A stretch of DNA of 64,000 nucleotides, from NCBI GenBank assembly GCA_047495785.1, contig JBLDXI010000013.1, forward strand, positions 1,922,001 to 1,986,000. The letters run 5' to 3'. The position numbers were made by a program, and so were the translations under genes. A model generated the notes under the pieces. The model saw only the letters and a program-made list of their open reading frames with translations. It searched no databases and was not told the DNA's origin. The DNA is from Lepidodermella squamata (taxonomy: Eukaryota; Animalia; Gastrotricha). Shown in pieces: positions 25,101 through 37,730 of the stretch (its first letter is position 1; each line of letters begins with the position of its first letter).

Positions 25101-25428
25101 ACTGGTGTCTACGATAACTTGCGCGTCGACGGTGGAGACGCAAGCTGTCGCGGCTAATAAGAAGGAGGCGAAGAAGCGAGCCGCGGCGAATATGATAGTA
25201 AAATTGTCGTCGATTGACCAAAGCGGGGCGGTTAATACGAGCTTGACTGCGCCGAGAAGTGCGTCGGGTCAGCAGCAACAACCACCTGTTGCTCCACCTC
25301 AATATCCTAGGCAAAACTACCAGCCCCGTCCGAATTTAGGACACAGTTATAATAAAAATACGAGGCCATACGGAAGCAACAGCGGCCGGCGACCCGACCC
25401 GGCCGAGCACGACTTTTGGTGCTCGTGA
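22122..25428 (+). CDS. EXD3: EXD3/Mut-7/Nibbler 3'-5' exonuclease with Mut7-C PIN-like segment and C-terminal dsRBD (4 exons)
   Basis: DEDDy motifs VGIDTEW, YAFKSDL and SNWSRRPL..QLLYAAVDA; Mut7-C start LLCDALL..YLRQLGF..EQRIVIT; dsRBD PIQRVQQ..PPHEPMFT..NKKEAKKRAA. Introns at ~23124-23175, ~23629-23686 and ~23808-24248. Confidence 0.88.
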
Positions 25429-25850
25429 GCGGCCGCCTTAAAAGTTCGAAGAATCTGGTAACAACAATTTTTGGAGCAATAAATACTTATGGAATGCTTA
25501 AATTTCCGTGACTTTTTTCGTAGCTTTTTTCTATGTAAAACTGGTACTGGAATTATGCTGCCTGATATAAAAAAAAGTTATATAATGCTTGAATATATTA
25601 ATGTTTAGTGATGCGAACTGCTTTCAGATGATGATGATGACTATTTTGTTCCGAATGACCTCTTGAGGTTTGATGATATCACGCAAATCCCGCTAAAATA
25701 TTGAAAAAATAACTGCCCGGTTTATGTGTATCAATATTCTTATTTAGAGCTGCCTTGCTTACGGAAAATGAAGCTATGATAGATGACATATTTGAAGATT
25801 GGTAAAAGAATAAAATGCTTGAATATCGATATTCGCGACTTTTATTTCAA

Positions 25851-27450
25851 TCAAAATTCCATGTGAATTTCGGGTCCAATAACGTTGTACGGGTAAGAGA
25901 CGCATTCATCTCCAGTCAACCATGACCACCAGTTCCGTTCCCAATGCGCTATTCTAATTGTAGGACTGAGCGAAAAGTACGAGGCAGTCTCAGCAAATCC
26001 ACTCCGGCTGATGACAAGATGATTCATTTTAGTTAGAGTCATCCAATCGACGAAAGACTTCGCAAATTCGAACCAATCATCGGTCGCACCAGTCACCCGG
26101 CTACCCATTTCCAGATGTCCTAGAATAAGCTTTTTACACGAGTTGCTGCTCATGACCTGTATAGCCGCCCCCTGGCAGCAATCTTTCAAATCTCGAGTAA
26201 TATTCGAAATTGCGATTTCGTTGTCAGAGGTGATGAAAACCAAAATTTTCCGGTCCTTTTCGCCGTATGAGTCGATAATTTTGATGACGTCCTTCGAAAA
26301 ACAAGGAACACTCCTATTCGACACTCGCTCGCCCTTCTCGCCCCAATCTGACCGGAGAGTTCGAACTTGGACTCCAATTCGAATAGAACTTGACCAAACA
26401 TCCTGACCACCAGCAGGGTCGATAACACATTCTTTAAATGTATCTAGCAACCGAGTCCCAGGATCCGCGAAAACCAGTTGAAGAGCCGCAGAAACGAAAA
26501 CTGACATATCGACCGGCTTAGTCGGAGATATTTTGTTGAGCAAATGTTCGAACATTGGTTTAAAATAGGCATTTTTCAGAGCTCCCTCCAAGCCACCTAA
26601 CGAATTACTCATCAGCTGCATGTTGTTACTTTGATCCAACTCTTCCGCGGTGAGATTTTTCGACCACACGTTGATAAACCAGTCTTCATTAGCCGCGTCG
26701 ACGTACGTGTACAGTTTGACCTTGCTCGGGTCACGCATCGATTGATTGAGCTTTGCGTTGTAGATGTCAGCTGGGACGTTGAACATTTCGTGATTGATAT
26801 TAAAGTATTGGGACAAGGAATTAGCATGCCCTTTGTTCCACCAATCGATATGAAGGACTCTTTCGGTAGCCATAGCTAGGTAAAACGCGCTAACTATTCC
26901 CCTGGCTCTGTCACCAAATCCTAAAATGTCAATATTTTTTATTTGATTTTATTGCTAAATTTCAACTCACCGCCGCAAAGCATTCTTCCAGTGCAGTCGA
27001 AAGTTAAAAACTAAGGTATTAAAAAATTGGTCATAGAGTCCCTATGATTGAAATGATTACCTTGACATCGTCATCCTTATTTAAAAGTTTTGCCCTCATT
27101 TTGTCAACGTAGCTTCGCTTAATTTGTTCCTTGAGTAAATTAGCCTCGAAATTTCGTTTCGCCATTACACCAGCCGGTAAATAGGACGACTTTGAGATCC
27201 TATAAGTATAATAAATTCCATCTCCACAGCAATATACTCCGAAAGTCGCCAGAGTTATCCATCGATGCCAAATCTAAGAAAAATCCTTACCTTAGATAAG
27301 AGCGATAAGAAAGGCTGTTAAATTTACCAGGTACCATATTACATAAGCCAGGACCAAAAGGAGGATAAAGCGAAATAATTTAGTCGCTAAAATGCTGCAA
27401 CATGAAAATCGCTTCAAGAATCTGCTAAATTTAAGGCGGATTTGGCCCAT
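25851..27450 (-). CDS. Type II membrane fucosyltransferase-fold glycosyltransferase, FT1 (4 exons)
   Basis: N-terminal TM; CGG|FGDRARG; IGVQVR; FITSDN; DWMTLTKMNHLVISRSGFAE. These are the three motifs of inverting GDP-fucose transferases. Confidence 0.85.
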
Positions 27451-27653
27451 GAACGAAACCTCAAGCTGCTTCTAAAAAATTGCAGCTTGAAGTACTGCTA
27501 TACCTTTTCCTTAGCTTTGTCATATGTCAACTGCAGCCTACAATGCTGGGGCCGCAAAAAACAACAACTTGCTGAGGTTTAAAACGTCTTTTCATTAAAA
27601 ACAAAGGTAAAAACAATTGAAGCTATTTTATTAATATATATTCTAGTGCGATG

Positions 27654-29153
27654 TCATTCAATGTGAATCTCAGGCCCGATCAGGTTATAAAAATTTCCAG
27701 TACAGTGCCTGTAATTCCTCAACTTGTGGTACATCTCCGGGAAATACAGCCAATATTGGATTCGCTTTGTTGGTTTTAAGGAGAAAAATGACGCCATCTC
27801 TGCGAAACCACTCCGGCTAATTACCAGGTAATCCATCTCCGTCAAAGCCAGCCAGTCAACGTAAATTTTCGCTGCGACTAGCCAAGGATCGTGCTCTTTA
27901 GTATCAGCTTTATAGTCTAGATGAGTAAGAGGAAGCTCTTTGCAGGTGTCGAAACTAGTTATCACTTTGGCCGAGTGATTCAGCTCCTTTTTTAGGTATT
28001 CCACGGCTTCTGGGTTATCAGAAGTTAGGTAGATAACGAATCGACGCCCAGGCGGGGCTCTTTCAATCATTTTTCTCACGGCCATTACGAAACACGGGTA
28101 TTCCTTTGACGTCACACGTTTATGCAGTCTGTCTTCTTTCCACTCGGTTCGAAGTTGACGGATTTGAACACCGATGTGAGTCGTTTTTTGCGTCTCATTA
28201 TTCCATTGACCGGGTTCATGGATGCATTTGTCAACCAATTTACGCAGGCGGTCTTTCGGATTTCCGAAAATTAACCGCAAAGCAGCGCTAACGAAAACAG
28301 ACATATCGATAGGCTTGTCAATGCCAGCCGAATCGAGTAGGTCGTCGAAGACGGGGTTAAATTGAGGATTTTTGAGAACGCCCTCTAGTGGTACCATCAA
28401 GTTGGACCAAACTAACACGTGGGCTGTCGATGAATAATCCGCTGGGTTGAGCATTTTCGCAAAATTCAAATATTGCTGCTCTTGCTCGAAATGGAAGTAA
28501 TGAAGAAGTGTGAAAGACTCAGAGTTTGCTTCCTCGAATTTTTTCTTGTAAATATGCAGCGGAACTTTGTACATCTCGCTGTTGATGTGGAAGTAGTCGT
28601 CAAGGGGCGCGGCTATGTCGGTCAGCCATATCACGTTTAGGATTCGATCTGTTGCTATTGCTAGATAAATCGCCCCAATTAGACCGCGGGTTCTGTCTCC
28701 AAACCCGCCGCAATAACGATGGCCGTTGCATTCATACGACAAGAACTTAAAAAAATGCCGAATAATTATGCATTAAAAAAAATTAAAATTATACCTTTAA
28801 GGTGGAGTTGACCTGAGGAGATAATATCCTCTCGCGCATGCGTGCTACATAATTTTTTATGATTGAGTTTTTGAGAGCTTCTGCTTGAGCCCCGCGAGCA
28901 GCCAACTCCCGAGGATCCTGTTCATGCTTTTTCGAGATACGCTCCGAGTTGTAGGTGCTTCCAGAAATAAGCAAGTGATCGAGTTTCCTTGAAATTTTGC
29001 TGTTGACGAAATGGAACGCCATGTGCAAATACCCGCTGATCTGCAATAAAGATAATAACTGAAATTCTGCGAAAAAATATCTTCTCTTACCATTAACTGC
29101 ACACATAGTATTAGGAATAAAGCCACAAAAATCCACCGGTACCTCAAACGCAT
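27654..29153 (-). CDS. Fucosyltransferase-fold glycosyltransferase, FT2 (3 exons)
   Basis: TM start MRLRYRWIFVALFLILCVQL; CGGFGDRTRG, IGVQIR, YLTSDN, DWLALTEMDYLVISRSGF. Confidence 0.85.
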
Positions 29154-29478
29154 ATTGTATGGTCAGTATATGGTGCAGTGAAGGCGGATCAAGCAAATAC
29201 TATAGACTACGCGGAGGAGGACGCGGAATGAGACAAGCCCTTTGCCATTGTTCGCTACATCACCCGTAGAAGTGGGTCGGTATACATCATATACAGATAA
29301 ACACAGTAAATTATATACTGAGGTGTGAATAGGCACAGAAAAATTAAGCTGGGCGTAGTACCAGTGGGAGTATATTTTCGTGAATAGCCATTATACTTAT
29401 TGTCTTATCTTGTCCGACAACGCGATAGTGCTTAATTACTGTGGTAATAAACAAAAGCAGATAAACTGATTATTTTAT

Positions 29479-31028
29479 TTAGAACTCCATTGATATTTCA
29501 GGTCCGATCACGTTGTATCTATCTCCCTGGCAAAATGTGTAACCAGTGAGCCAATTAATTGCTAGATTAGTTTGTTTAAAGTGGTACCACAAGACATCTA
29601 TCCTCCGGGTTGGCGCCAGTGACATGAATGAAGCCATTTCTCCAAAACCGCTCCGACTAATTACCAAATGATCCATTTTCGCCAGGGCCATCCAGTCGAC
29701 GTAAGACTTAGCCAGACCAGTCCATTGGTCGGCTAATGACTCACCTTTTGCCTTCCTTTCAAGGTGAGTTAGAGTCATGTTATCGCAAACGCCGGTATTG
29801 ACGACGGTAACTAGCTTATCGCAACATTTTTTGAAGTATTTTGTCATGTAATCAATCGAATCAGGATTGTCGGTTGTAACAAAGACAAAGTACTTGTTAG
29901 TCACGCTTTGGTACGATTCTATGACGTCAGTGATTGATTTTGTGAAGCAAGGATATTGCTCAGGAACAATCCTTTCGCCGTGTTCGTCCCAATTCGGGTT
30001 TAACATTCGAATTTGAATTCCTATTTTGATGGCACTAAGCCAATCTTCCGTAAATCCAGCCATTTTCTTGATACAACTATCATATTTATCGACAAGGCGC
30101 TGTTTCGGCCGGCCAAATACCAGTCGCATAGCAGCGCTGACGAAAACTGATAGCTCGATGCTGCGATCTTGTTTGAATGGCTTGATTAAATTAGCCATAG
30201 TTTCGTAAAATTCTGGATTTTTTAGGACACCCTCTACAGCCGCCATGGAGTTGCTCAGAATTTTAACATGCTTATAATTTTCGAATTCCTTTAAAACCGA
30301 AGAGGACTGCATCATTTCGAGGAAAGGCAACTCGCGCCAAAAGTCGACAAATGCGAATTCTCGTACCAATTTCGAATCGCTTAACGATTCATTGAGCCGG
30401 CGCCTGTATACATCTACAGGCACTCCGTACATGCCACTGTTGATTTCGAAAAAATCTTCCAGGGTGAGGTCTCTAGTTTTCCAGTTGATGTGGAAAACAC
30501 GATCTGTAGCAATTGCTACGTAGAGTGAACTGACGATTCCTCGAGATCGATCACCGAAACCGCCACAGAGAAGCCAACCGTTGCAGTCATAGGAAAGGAA
30601 CTAAAATATATCCAAGTGATTTTAATTAATTGAAAATTTTAAGGTAGATACCTTTACTGGATTTCCCGATAGCAAATTTTCACGCATTCGGGCGACGTAG
30701 ATCTCATCGATGGATTTCCTTAGGACTTCGGCATCATCTCGACGTAAGGCCATTTCGTGTTCATCAAGAGACGTCGCCTTGGAAATGCGCCTCGTGTTGT
30801 ATAGACTGGGCAATGACGAGTCGTAATTGAATGAATGAAAGCAGTTTTGAAATCGAAAGTGAGACCATTGAATAATTGTTGGATAGGTGTAAAATAGCTG
30901 GAAAAATGCCGTTACTATGTGACTAATTTAAAAAAATTAATTTTCGAATTTACCCAAAACAAGAAAATCGCCAAGCTAAGTAAAAACAGAGAGGTCCATC
31001 TGTACCTTCTAACCAGAGAAAATCGCAT
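29479..31028 (-). CDS. Fucosyltransferase-fold glycosyltransferase, FT3 (3 exons)
   Basis: ATG at 31028 gives MRFSLVRRYRWTSLFLLSLAIFLFW; CGGFGDRSRG, IGIQIR, FVTTDN, DWMALAKMDHLVISRSGF. Confidence 0.85.
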
Positions 31029-31725
31029 TCATTCAGGGGCTAAAGTAGTAACTTTTTAATTTTTTATTAATAATGAACGCGTAAATAAACACATAGCATC
31101 TTGTTTACTTCGTAGAAAATGCGTGGTTACTATAATCCTTTGTCTCCTATGCTATACATGTAAAGATGATAATAGTCCGTCAACACGAAGCACCAGCTTT
31201 TCAAGCCGCTTTTTTTTTGCTACTTTTCCACCGCGATATATGGGCCGATAATGTTGAAATTAGGCCTTAATTTGAGCAACCCGAAGCGGAACGAAATTTT
31301 AAATAATTAACTGCCTTTTCTAAATTTTCTGGAATTTCACGGATAATTAACAAAAAAATCCGATTAAATTAAGTTACGTTGAAATTTTCTATATAAGGCC
31401 TCGTCCTCATTTCCAGAACACGCCACAGTCATGATAAAAAACAAAAAGAATTCTAAAATGGCACTTTTCATAAGTTAGCCATTTGGTTCCGCTGCAGTCA
31501 CATTGGGTTAAAGAGACTCTGATTAAAATTACTCTTCGGACATGGGTATCTTAGTCACTCTTCAAGCCCATTCCTATCGTCCTATAGGTAGGACCATTTA
31601 TTCTCGCCATAAATCCTGAAAATTAAAAAATGAAACGATCACCTAACAAAAATCTATCCGCTTTATTATATTGAACTTTCTAGCGCGAACCGGGTATCGA
31701 TGCGCATGATCCAATTTCTTTTCAA

Positions 31726-33241
31726 TCAATCTTCCATAGCTATAGTTGAGCCTAGAAGATTGTAATTATGAAAAACACATTTTCTATCATCAGAAAGCCA
31801 ATGCGCTAAGCGTTGGGTTGATTTAAGCGAAAACAAGGACGCAGATTCCGCAAATCCACTACGGCTTATAACCAACTGATTCATTCGAGTCAAAGCTAGC
31901 CAATCGACGTAAGACTTGGCATATTCCATCCATGAATCAATCGGCGCAACTGTTGTAATCAAAGGGCTTCGATCAATGTGGGTTAGTTTCAAAGCATTGC
32001 TGCATTGATCGCTAGTTATCACAGTAACATTGCCGGTTCGTAAATTCGAACGAATATAATTTGCTGATTCTTCGTTATCTGACGTGACAAATATTCGAAA
32101 TTTTGGTTGCGAAGAGGTCGAAATGATATGCTTAACAGCATCAACAAAACACTGCAGCAAATTTCCGGCAACCCTTTGGCCATTTTCGCCCCATTGTGCT
32201 CGCAATCGACGTATTTGAACCCCAATCGTTAGCTCAGAATCGGTTTTTCCGATCAGTTGGCAGTCGGTGAAGAGTTTCAAGAGTCGATCTGAAGGGTTGC
32301 TGAAAATTATTCGAAGGGCTGAAGATGCGAAAACAGACATGTCGACTGGTTGTTTGAAAGGCAGTAAAGCTTTGTAATTGTCGAAAAAAATCGGATTTTT
32401 CATCGTTCCCTCCAACACAGCCATTGAATTCGAAGCAAAAACAATGTGGTCGTATTCGTTGAGTTTAGTCAAATTCGAGTTCGATGCCCACAGTACGAGA
32501 AATTTATCTGCAAATCTGTCCATCGCTCGGTAGTTCATGACTCGACTCGGTCGGGTTAGCGATTGCCGGAATTTCTGGTCGTAGGTTTCCCGTGATATGT
32601 TGTACATTGCGGCGTTGATATCGAAATAATCTTCAAGTCTAGCACCCCCTCGCGTCCACAAAATGTTGAAAACCCGCCGGGTCATTATTGCGAGGAAGAA
32701 AGCGCTTATTAGGCCCCGAGATCGATCACCAAATCCTCCACACAGGCCGCGATCACTGCATTCGAAGGTCAAAAACTGAAAAAATTGATGAGTATTTCGA
32801 AAAATTTGAAACAATTTTTTTACTTTGATTATTGCAGTAGGATCATTCTTTGGGCCTTTGAGCAACAGTTCTCTCATTTGAGCTATGTACTGTGAATGAA
32901 TCGAGCCTGTGATAAAGTTTGCCATGAAATCACGATGTTCTATCGCCGAGAGGTCTTTTGACAGATATTTCGAATTGTAAAAGTTATTCTTTGGGTTCGC
33001 GATATTTGGTACAGGAAAAATTTTCTGAGGTAGGGCAGGCGGCAGGTGATAAACCGGCTTGTATCCTAGGAAGATCAGGCTTCGTTTCTGCCTCGACTGC
33101 GAGTATATCTTGAGCGAAAAGATCTTGGGGAAAAAGCGGCAATTTAAAAAAAATCTTTCAAGTCTGGGGGTATCTCACCAAAATTGAAGAAATGAAAGCT
33201 CCAAATAAGGCGATTCGTATAATTTTTTTCGGTACTGGCAT
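31726..33241 (-). CDS. Fucosyltransferase-fold glycosyltransferase, FT4 (3 exons)
   Basis: ATG at 33241 gives MPVPKKIIRIALFGAFISSIL; CGGFGDRSRG, IGVQIR, FVTSDN, DWLALTRMNQLVISRSGF. Confidence 0.85.
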
Positions 33242-33645
33242 GACGTTCAACAAGTTCTGGAGAAATTCTGGACTTTGCAAAGAGCCATTATCAAATTTGA
33301 TAGTTTAGCGAAAAAAGGTATTCTTGGTGCAAGTCTTCATGACTATCTGTACCAAGTGCGCCATGGTCATGAATTTGAAATAATGAGAAGTACACACCAC
33401 TTTCTCGCCCGATATATTTCGCGATCATCATTATCGATATAGGGCTTCAGCGCTATTCTATTTCAATAAACAAATAACGCGCTCGAGATGAACAAACAAG
33501 AGCGCAATAAAAATCCCCGGATGCTATAATCAATTGCGGTAGAAAACAGAAAACAAACAAAAATTGACTTAGTTTATTGCCCAAATAAAATCGCCATAAT
33601 ATACGTATAAAATGTGGAAATTAATTATTTAAAAATTGAAAAAAA

Positions 33646-35374
33646 TTAAACGCCTTTACGGCAAGAATGCAGCTTATGCATTTGCAGAGGGCTCAGGCGG
33701 TGGGTGATGATTCGAATTTTGGCGCATAATTGTTCCTTATCCAGAATCCCCGGCTCGTGAAATGGCTCAACGAATGGAATTTTAACGTGCCTGGCTCCAA
33801 TAGCTTCCGCAATTACACCGGTGTAAAACGTGTCTTCCATTGGCAATTTATGTTGCTTGTCAGCCTCTTTTAATATGCCTGGCAATAGGCCGCCTCGAAA
33901 CATGTAAGCCATGCCTGAGCAGAACGTTGGATAGGTCGGCGGGGCGTAGTCTTCAAAACTGACGTAGAGTTTCGCATTCTCGTCGCGAACGACCCAAGTA
34001 TCGCGGAAAATGTAACAGTAGAACGCATCGATCGGCGGTGATTTCGTCAATTTAACATACATCATCGTCAGCAAATTCGGCACATTGACGTAGGCATCAT
34101 CGTCGACTTTTAAAATGTGTAAATTCTCCCATTCTGCCAGCTGCTGGGCGAATCTTGTGTTGACAAACTGGTAGATTTGCAGCAGTTTCGGCGTCAATAA
34201 GCGGAAGTCGTCATGCGTTCCAACGCGAATAACATCGCCGTATTCATCCATTTCAGTTTTCAGTTTGTTTTCGAATTCGACTAGCATGTGGCAATAGAGC
34301 CAGTTTGGGCCACCTTCGATTGGACTCTTTGATACGAGATCCATTTCACTCGAACAATCATTCTCCGTCAGTCTCTGATCGAAAATTGTTCCAAATGACC
34401 GTTAACAAGTAAAAAGTGGGGTTTGGCGAATTTTCTGTATTTTCCAGAACCTTGTGTTGACATGAAGAAGGAAGATTCTTGGAATCCAAGGTGTTCTTAC
34501 TCAATTTTTCTAGAGGATTTTAAATTTTCAAATTTCAGACCACTAGGGAGCACAAAAGATGGGAAACTCCAATGTGTCGCTGAAAGTGTTATCGATTCAG
34601 GTTGATTTGGAAACACTAGCTTGATTCCACACATTTTTTGAATATCTAGCAAGATTCCCCACCTCAGGTTTGCCCTAAAAATTTCGACAGCGCATAAGAA
34701 ATAATTAGAATTTATTGCGTGAGGAATTATTAATTGATAATTGAAGCAATAAAAATGCAAATTATTAGACGCACTTTTTTCACTTTGAAGCCCAATTTCT
34801 CTATCAACCTCTTTTTGATATCGTTCGACTCCTCGTTATTTGATCTTCAATATCTGACCATGTCAAAATTTTCACCAAACACCAATTTTCACGGTCAAAT
34901 TATTTGTAATTTTTTAATTGCAATAATTACTTTTTCCGTAGCTTCTGTTGTTCCGACAAAGAAAATTGGGCCGATAATTCGATTATTCCCCAAGCGCCTC
35001 AGCAGTTGAGTCCGATTGCCCCAGGTTTGCCGAATAGCGTCCCGTTTCTCAAATTGCGCCGTGGCCGACACGACAATGATGATAAGTGGAACGCTTTTCA
35101 GGTTAGAAGCGGACGAAAATTCGGCTAAATCCTTTGCGTAACGCTCGTCGTCTTCATTGCGAAAAGGCGGTCCGGTGAGGCTATTGCTGTCGTGAATAAC
35201 TGCCATCCGCAGCACGGCAAGGCTGAATAACCATGTGATTGATAGGGTGGCTAAAATGAAATAAGTGCATCGCCGTGATACTAAAAATCGCCCGTGCCGA
35301 TACACGGAAATCTGAGCAGGCGTTAAAACACGCATTTGTCTTGAAAACATATCTTCATCGAGAGAAATTTTCAT
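33646..35374 (-). CDS. GT31 beta-1,3-galactosyltransferase-like (2 exons)
   Basis: TM; RDAIRQTWG; EMDEYGDVI; LKVDDDAYVN (DxD); YPTFCSG; MEDTFYTG. Confidence 0.9.
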
Positions 35375-36107
35375 ATTTCAAAATTTGCAACGCACGAGCC
35401 GTTTTAATTTGCGCACGAGTCGTCGTCTTTCCACGCTTCATGGGATTTTTATTTCAAGTTTTCAAGTGTAAACACAACGCTGGCGTGACTAGGAAATAAC
35501 AGCAGTAATAATAACGAGGACATCAATCATTGAAAAATTGAAACATAGATGAACGAGGTGTGATTGATTTTGTTCCAAATTTAGCCAAAAGCTTGCATTT
35601 TTTCAATCTTCCCAATCATCATCGTCGTTGTACGTTGAACCGAACGCTCTTTCAATCTAAACACAATTGATACACATTTTTATTGCTTTGACCTAGAACA
35701 ATAAAATAATAACGCAAGCAAATAATAATGTTAATTTTCTAAATTATTTGTAACCGCGCCAAAATTCATAATGTTTTGCTTCAAGCAAGACAGCTTGTCC
35801 GCGGCACAATGACTGGATATCACATGACTGTCAGGCAGGCCGACATCAAAATATCGGCCTGCCTAGGCTCAATGTGCGGGGCAGGCTGTCTGAAATTGGA
35901 GCGAGGCGCATTTTATTTGCCGACGTACATCCAAGCCGACGCTTCATATTTTAGCTATTTTTTGAGAAAATCAGATCCCGAATTTTCGGAGAAATTTTAT
36001 CCCGATACTATAAAAGCGTCAGCCAGGCATAATATCGGCTGGCACTTTTGATATAAAATGTTAAAAGCAGATCTGAATTCATAAATTAGTAATATAGCTA
36101 AAAGTCA

Positions 36108-36781
36108 TTAATAGCGTTGATGCGGCACCTCGGATGCATGCGGTGTCAGCGGAACAGGCGGAAAGGTTCGCAATCCTGTCGAAGAAGGTCCACCGGCTGA
36201 GCCGATAGGACCTATAGGGGAATTTTGTTAAAGCAAAAGCAGCTGAGATTTTTAGCAAAAATCACTCACCAACAGAGCGCCACAACCTTTAAAGAAATTG
36301 ATGCAAAATTTTTCCGGATTTTCTTTTCAATTTTTTACCGAAAAGTGTAATATGTAACGACACCGGCAGCGATGAGTTCGCCGAAAGCAAAGGCTGAAGT
36401 GACGCCACTGGTTGAATTTCCACCACCAGCTTCAGCCGCGCAAACGATAGCCGCAATAAGGATGGCGACATCCAAAACGGCGTAGTAGCAGAACTGGATC
36501 AAGCCAGTCCGAGGAATCTTATAGATGCAGTTACAGAAATACGAACAAAACAGCACTATAGAGCCTATTAGGTGAAGGCCGGCCATGACAGCGGCATAGG
36601 TGGCGCCACTGGCTCCGGCGAGGCCGCCGCAGATTACGGTACCTAAGGACAGGCCCAATTCGACGTACTTCAAAATTGCGGCCATCGTTGTAAGGTAGGG
36701 AACTTTAGGCCCGCAACCCGCTGACGGCCCCATTTCCACCGTCGATACTGAAGTGACAACTTGAGTCTGATTTAGCGCCAT
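36108..36781 (-). CDS. MARVEL-domain tetraspan membrane protein (CMTM/plasmolipin-like), 3 exons
   Basis: YLTTMAAILKYVELGLSLGTVIC, four hydrophobic helices, SAFAFG. A 17-nt middle exon at 36270-36286 keeps frame to the TAA at 36108. Confidence 0.8.
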
Positions 36782-37172
36782 TATTCTTGAAGAAGATAGT
36801 ATATGATAATACTACTATTGCTCGCTTATTAAATACGAGTTTTTTCGGTCTAGTTAGGGCGGTTTTTGTATGTGTTTCATCAACCTGAAACGCCCATATT
36901 AAACTACATTAATCATGAACTGTATCGGGTGGTCAAGCCTTATCAGTTGCGGCACCAATTCTAACCGAAAATGCTGTGATATGGTTCCGCTTATCATGGT
37001 CGGCGCGTTTCAGAGAAATGATTCAAAAAGAATTGGAACTAATTTTTATTCAAGATAAAAATATCCCGGTATATAAAAGAGCGTACTCGCAGCTTTGAGC
37101 AGTAATAATTTCATTATTAAATGCTAATAAAGTATATCGATCAACTCAAAATATAGTAACAAAATCAGTCTT

Positions 37173-37730
37173 TTAAGGTGGCCCCCTGAGGTGGACACGG
37201 GGCTTCTTAGCATGAGCCCGCCTTTTGGCCGTATGAGGCTGCTTAGTCGGTCTTTCGATAGCCAGTTCCTTAATCGTTGTCTGATGGTCCAACAGGCCTT
37301 GAGCCGCCAGTCTTGCCCACATGTAGAAAGGCTCTGGGCTAGTGTTTGTACAAAGAGCAGGGGTCAGTACCTCCATACAGTCTTTCAAGCGTCTCGATTT
37401 CAATCGGTCGTTAATCACTCGCAAAATTTGAAGAGCCGCCTTTCCATTGTGCTGCTGTATCAACAGCTTCCAAAAACTTTCTGAAATTGATAAAAAATTG
37501 TTATTTAAGGTCGCTTATATGGAGTTTTTAATCATACCTTTTAGAATTTTGTCCAATAGTTGGTCTCGTTTAGATAGTGAATTTTCTTTCAAGAGGTTGA
37601 TCTTATAGTTCGCCACAGCGTCGGCTACAGATCGTTTCGGGAACAGCCTTTCGGCTGGCCCGGAGCGAACCTGCGCTAACCTCAGAGCAATAGATAGGAT
37701 GACCAGAACGCTGACTTTATCGCTAATCAT
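37173..37730 (-). CDS. Secreted family copy S3 (2 exons)
   Basis: Signal peptide, PKRSVADA..SKRDQLLDKILK|ESFW..RLKDCMEVLTPALCTNTSPEPFYMWARLAAQ. Same intron position as S1; TATA at ~37808. Confidence 0.85.
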
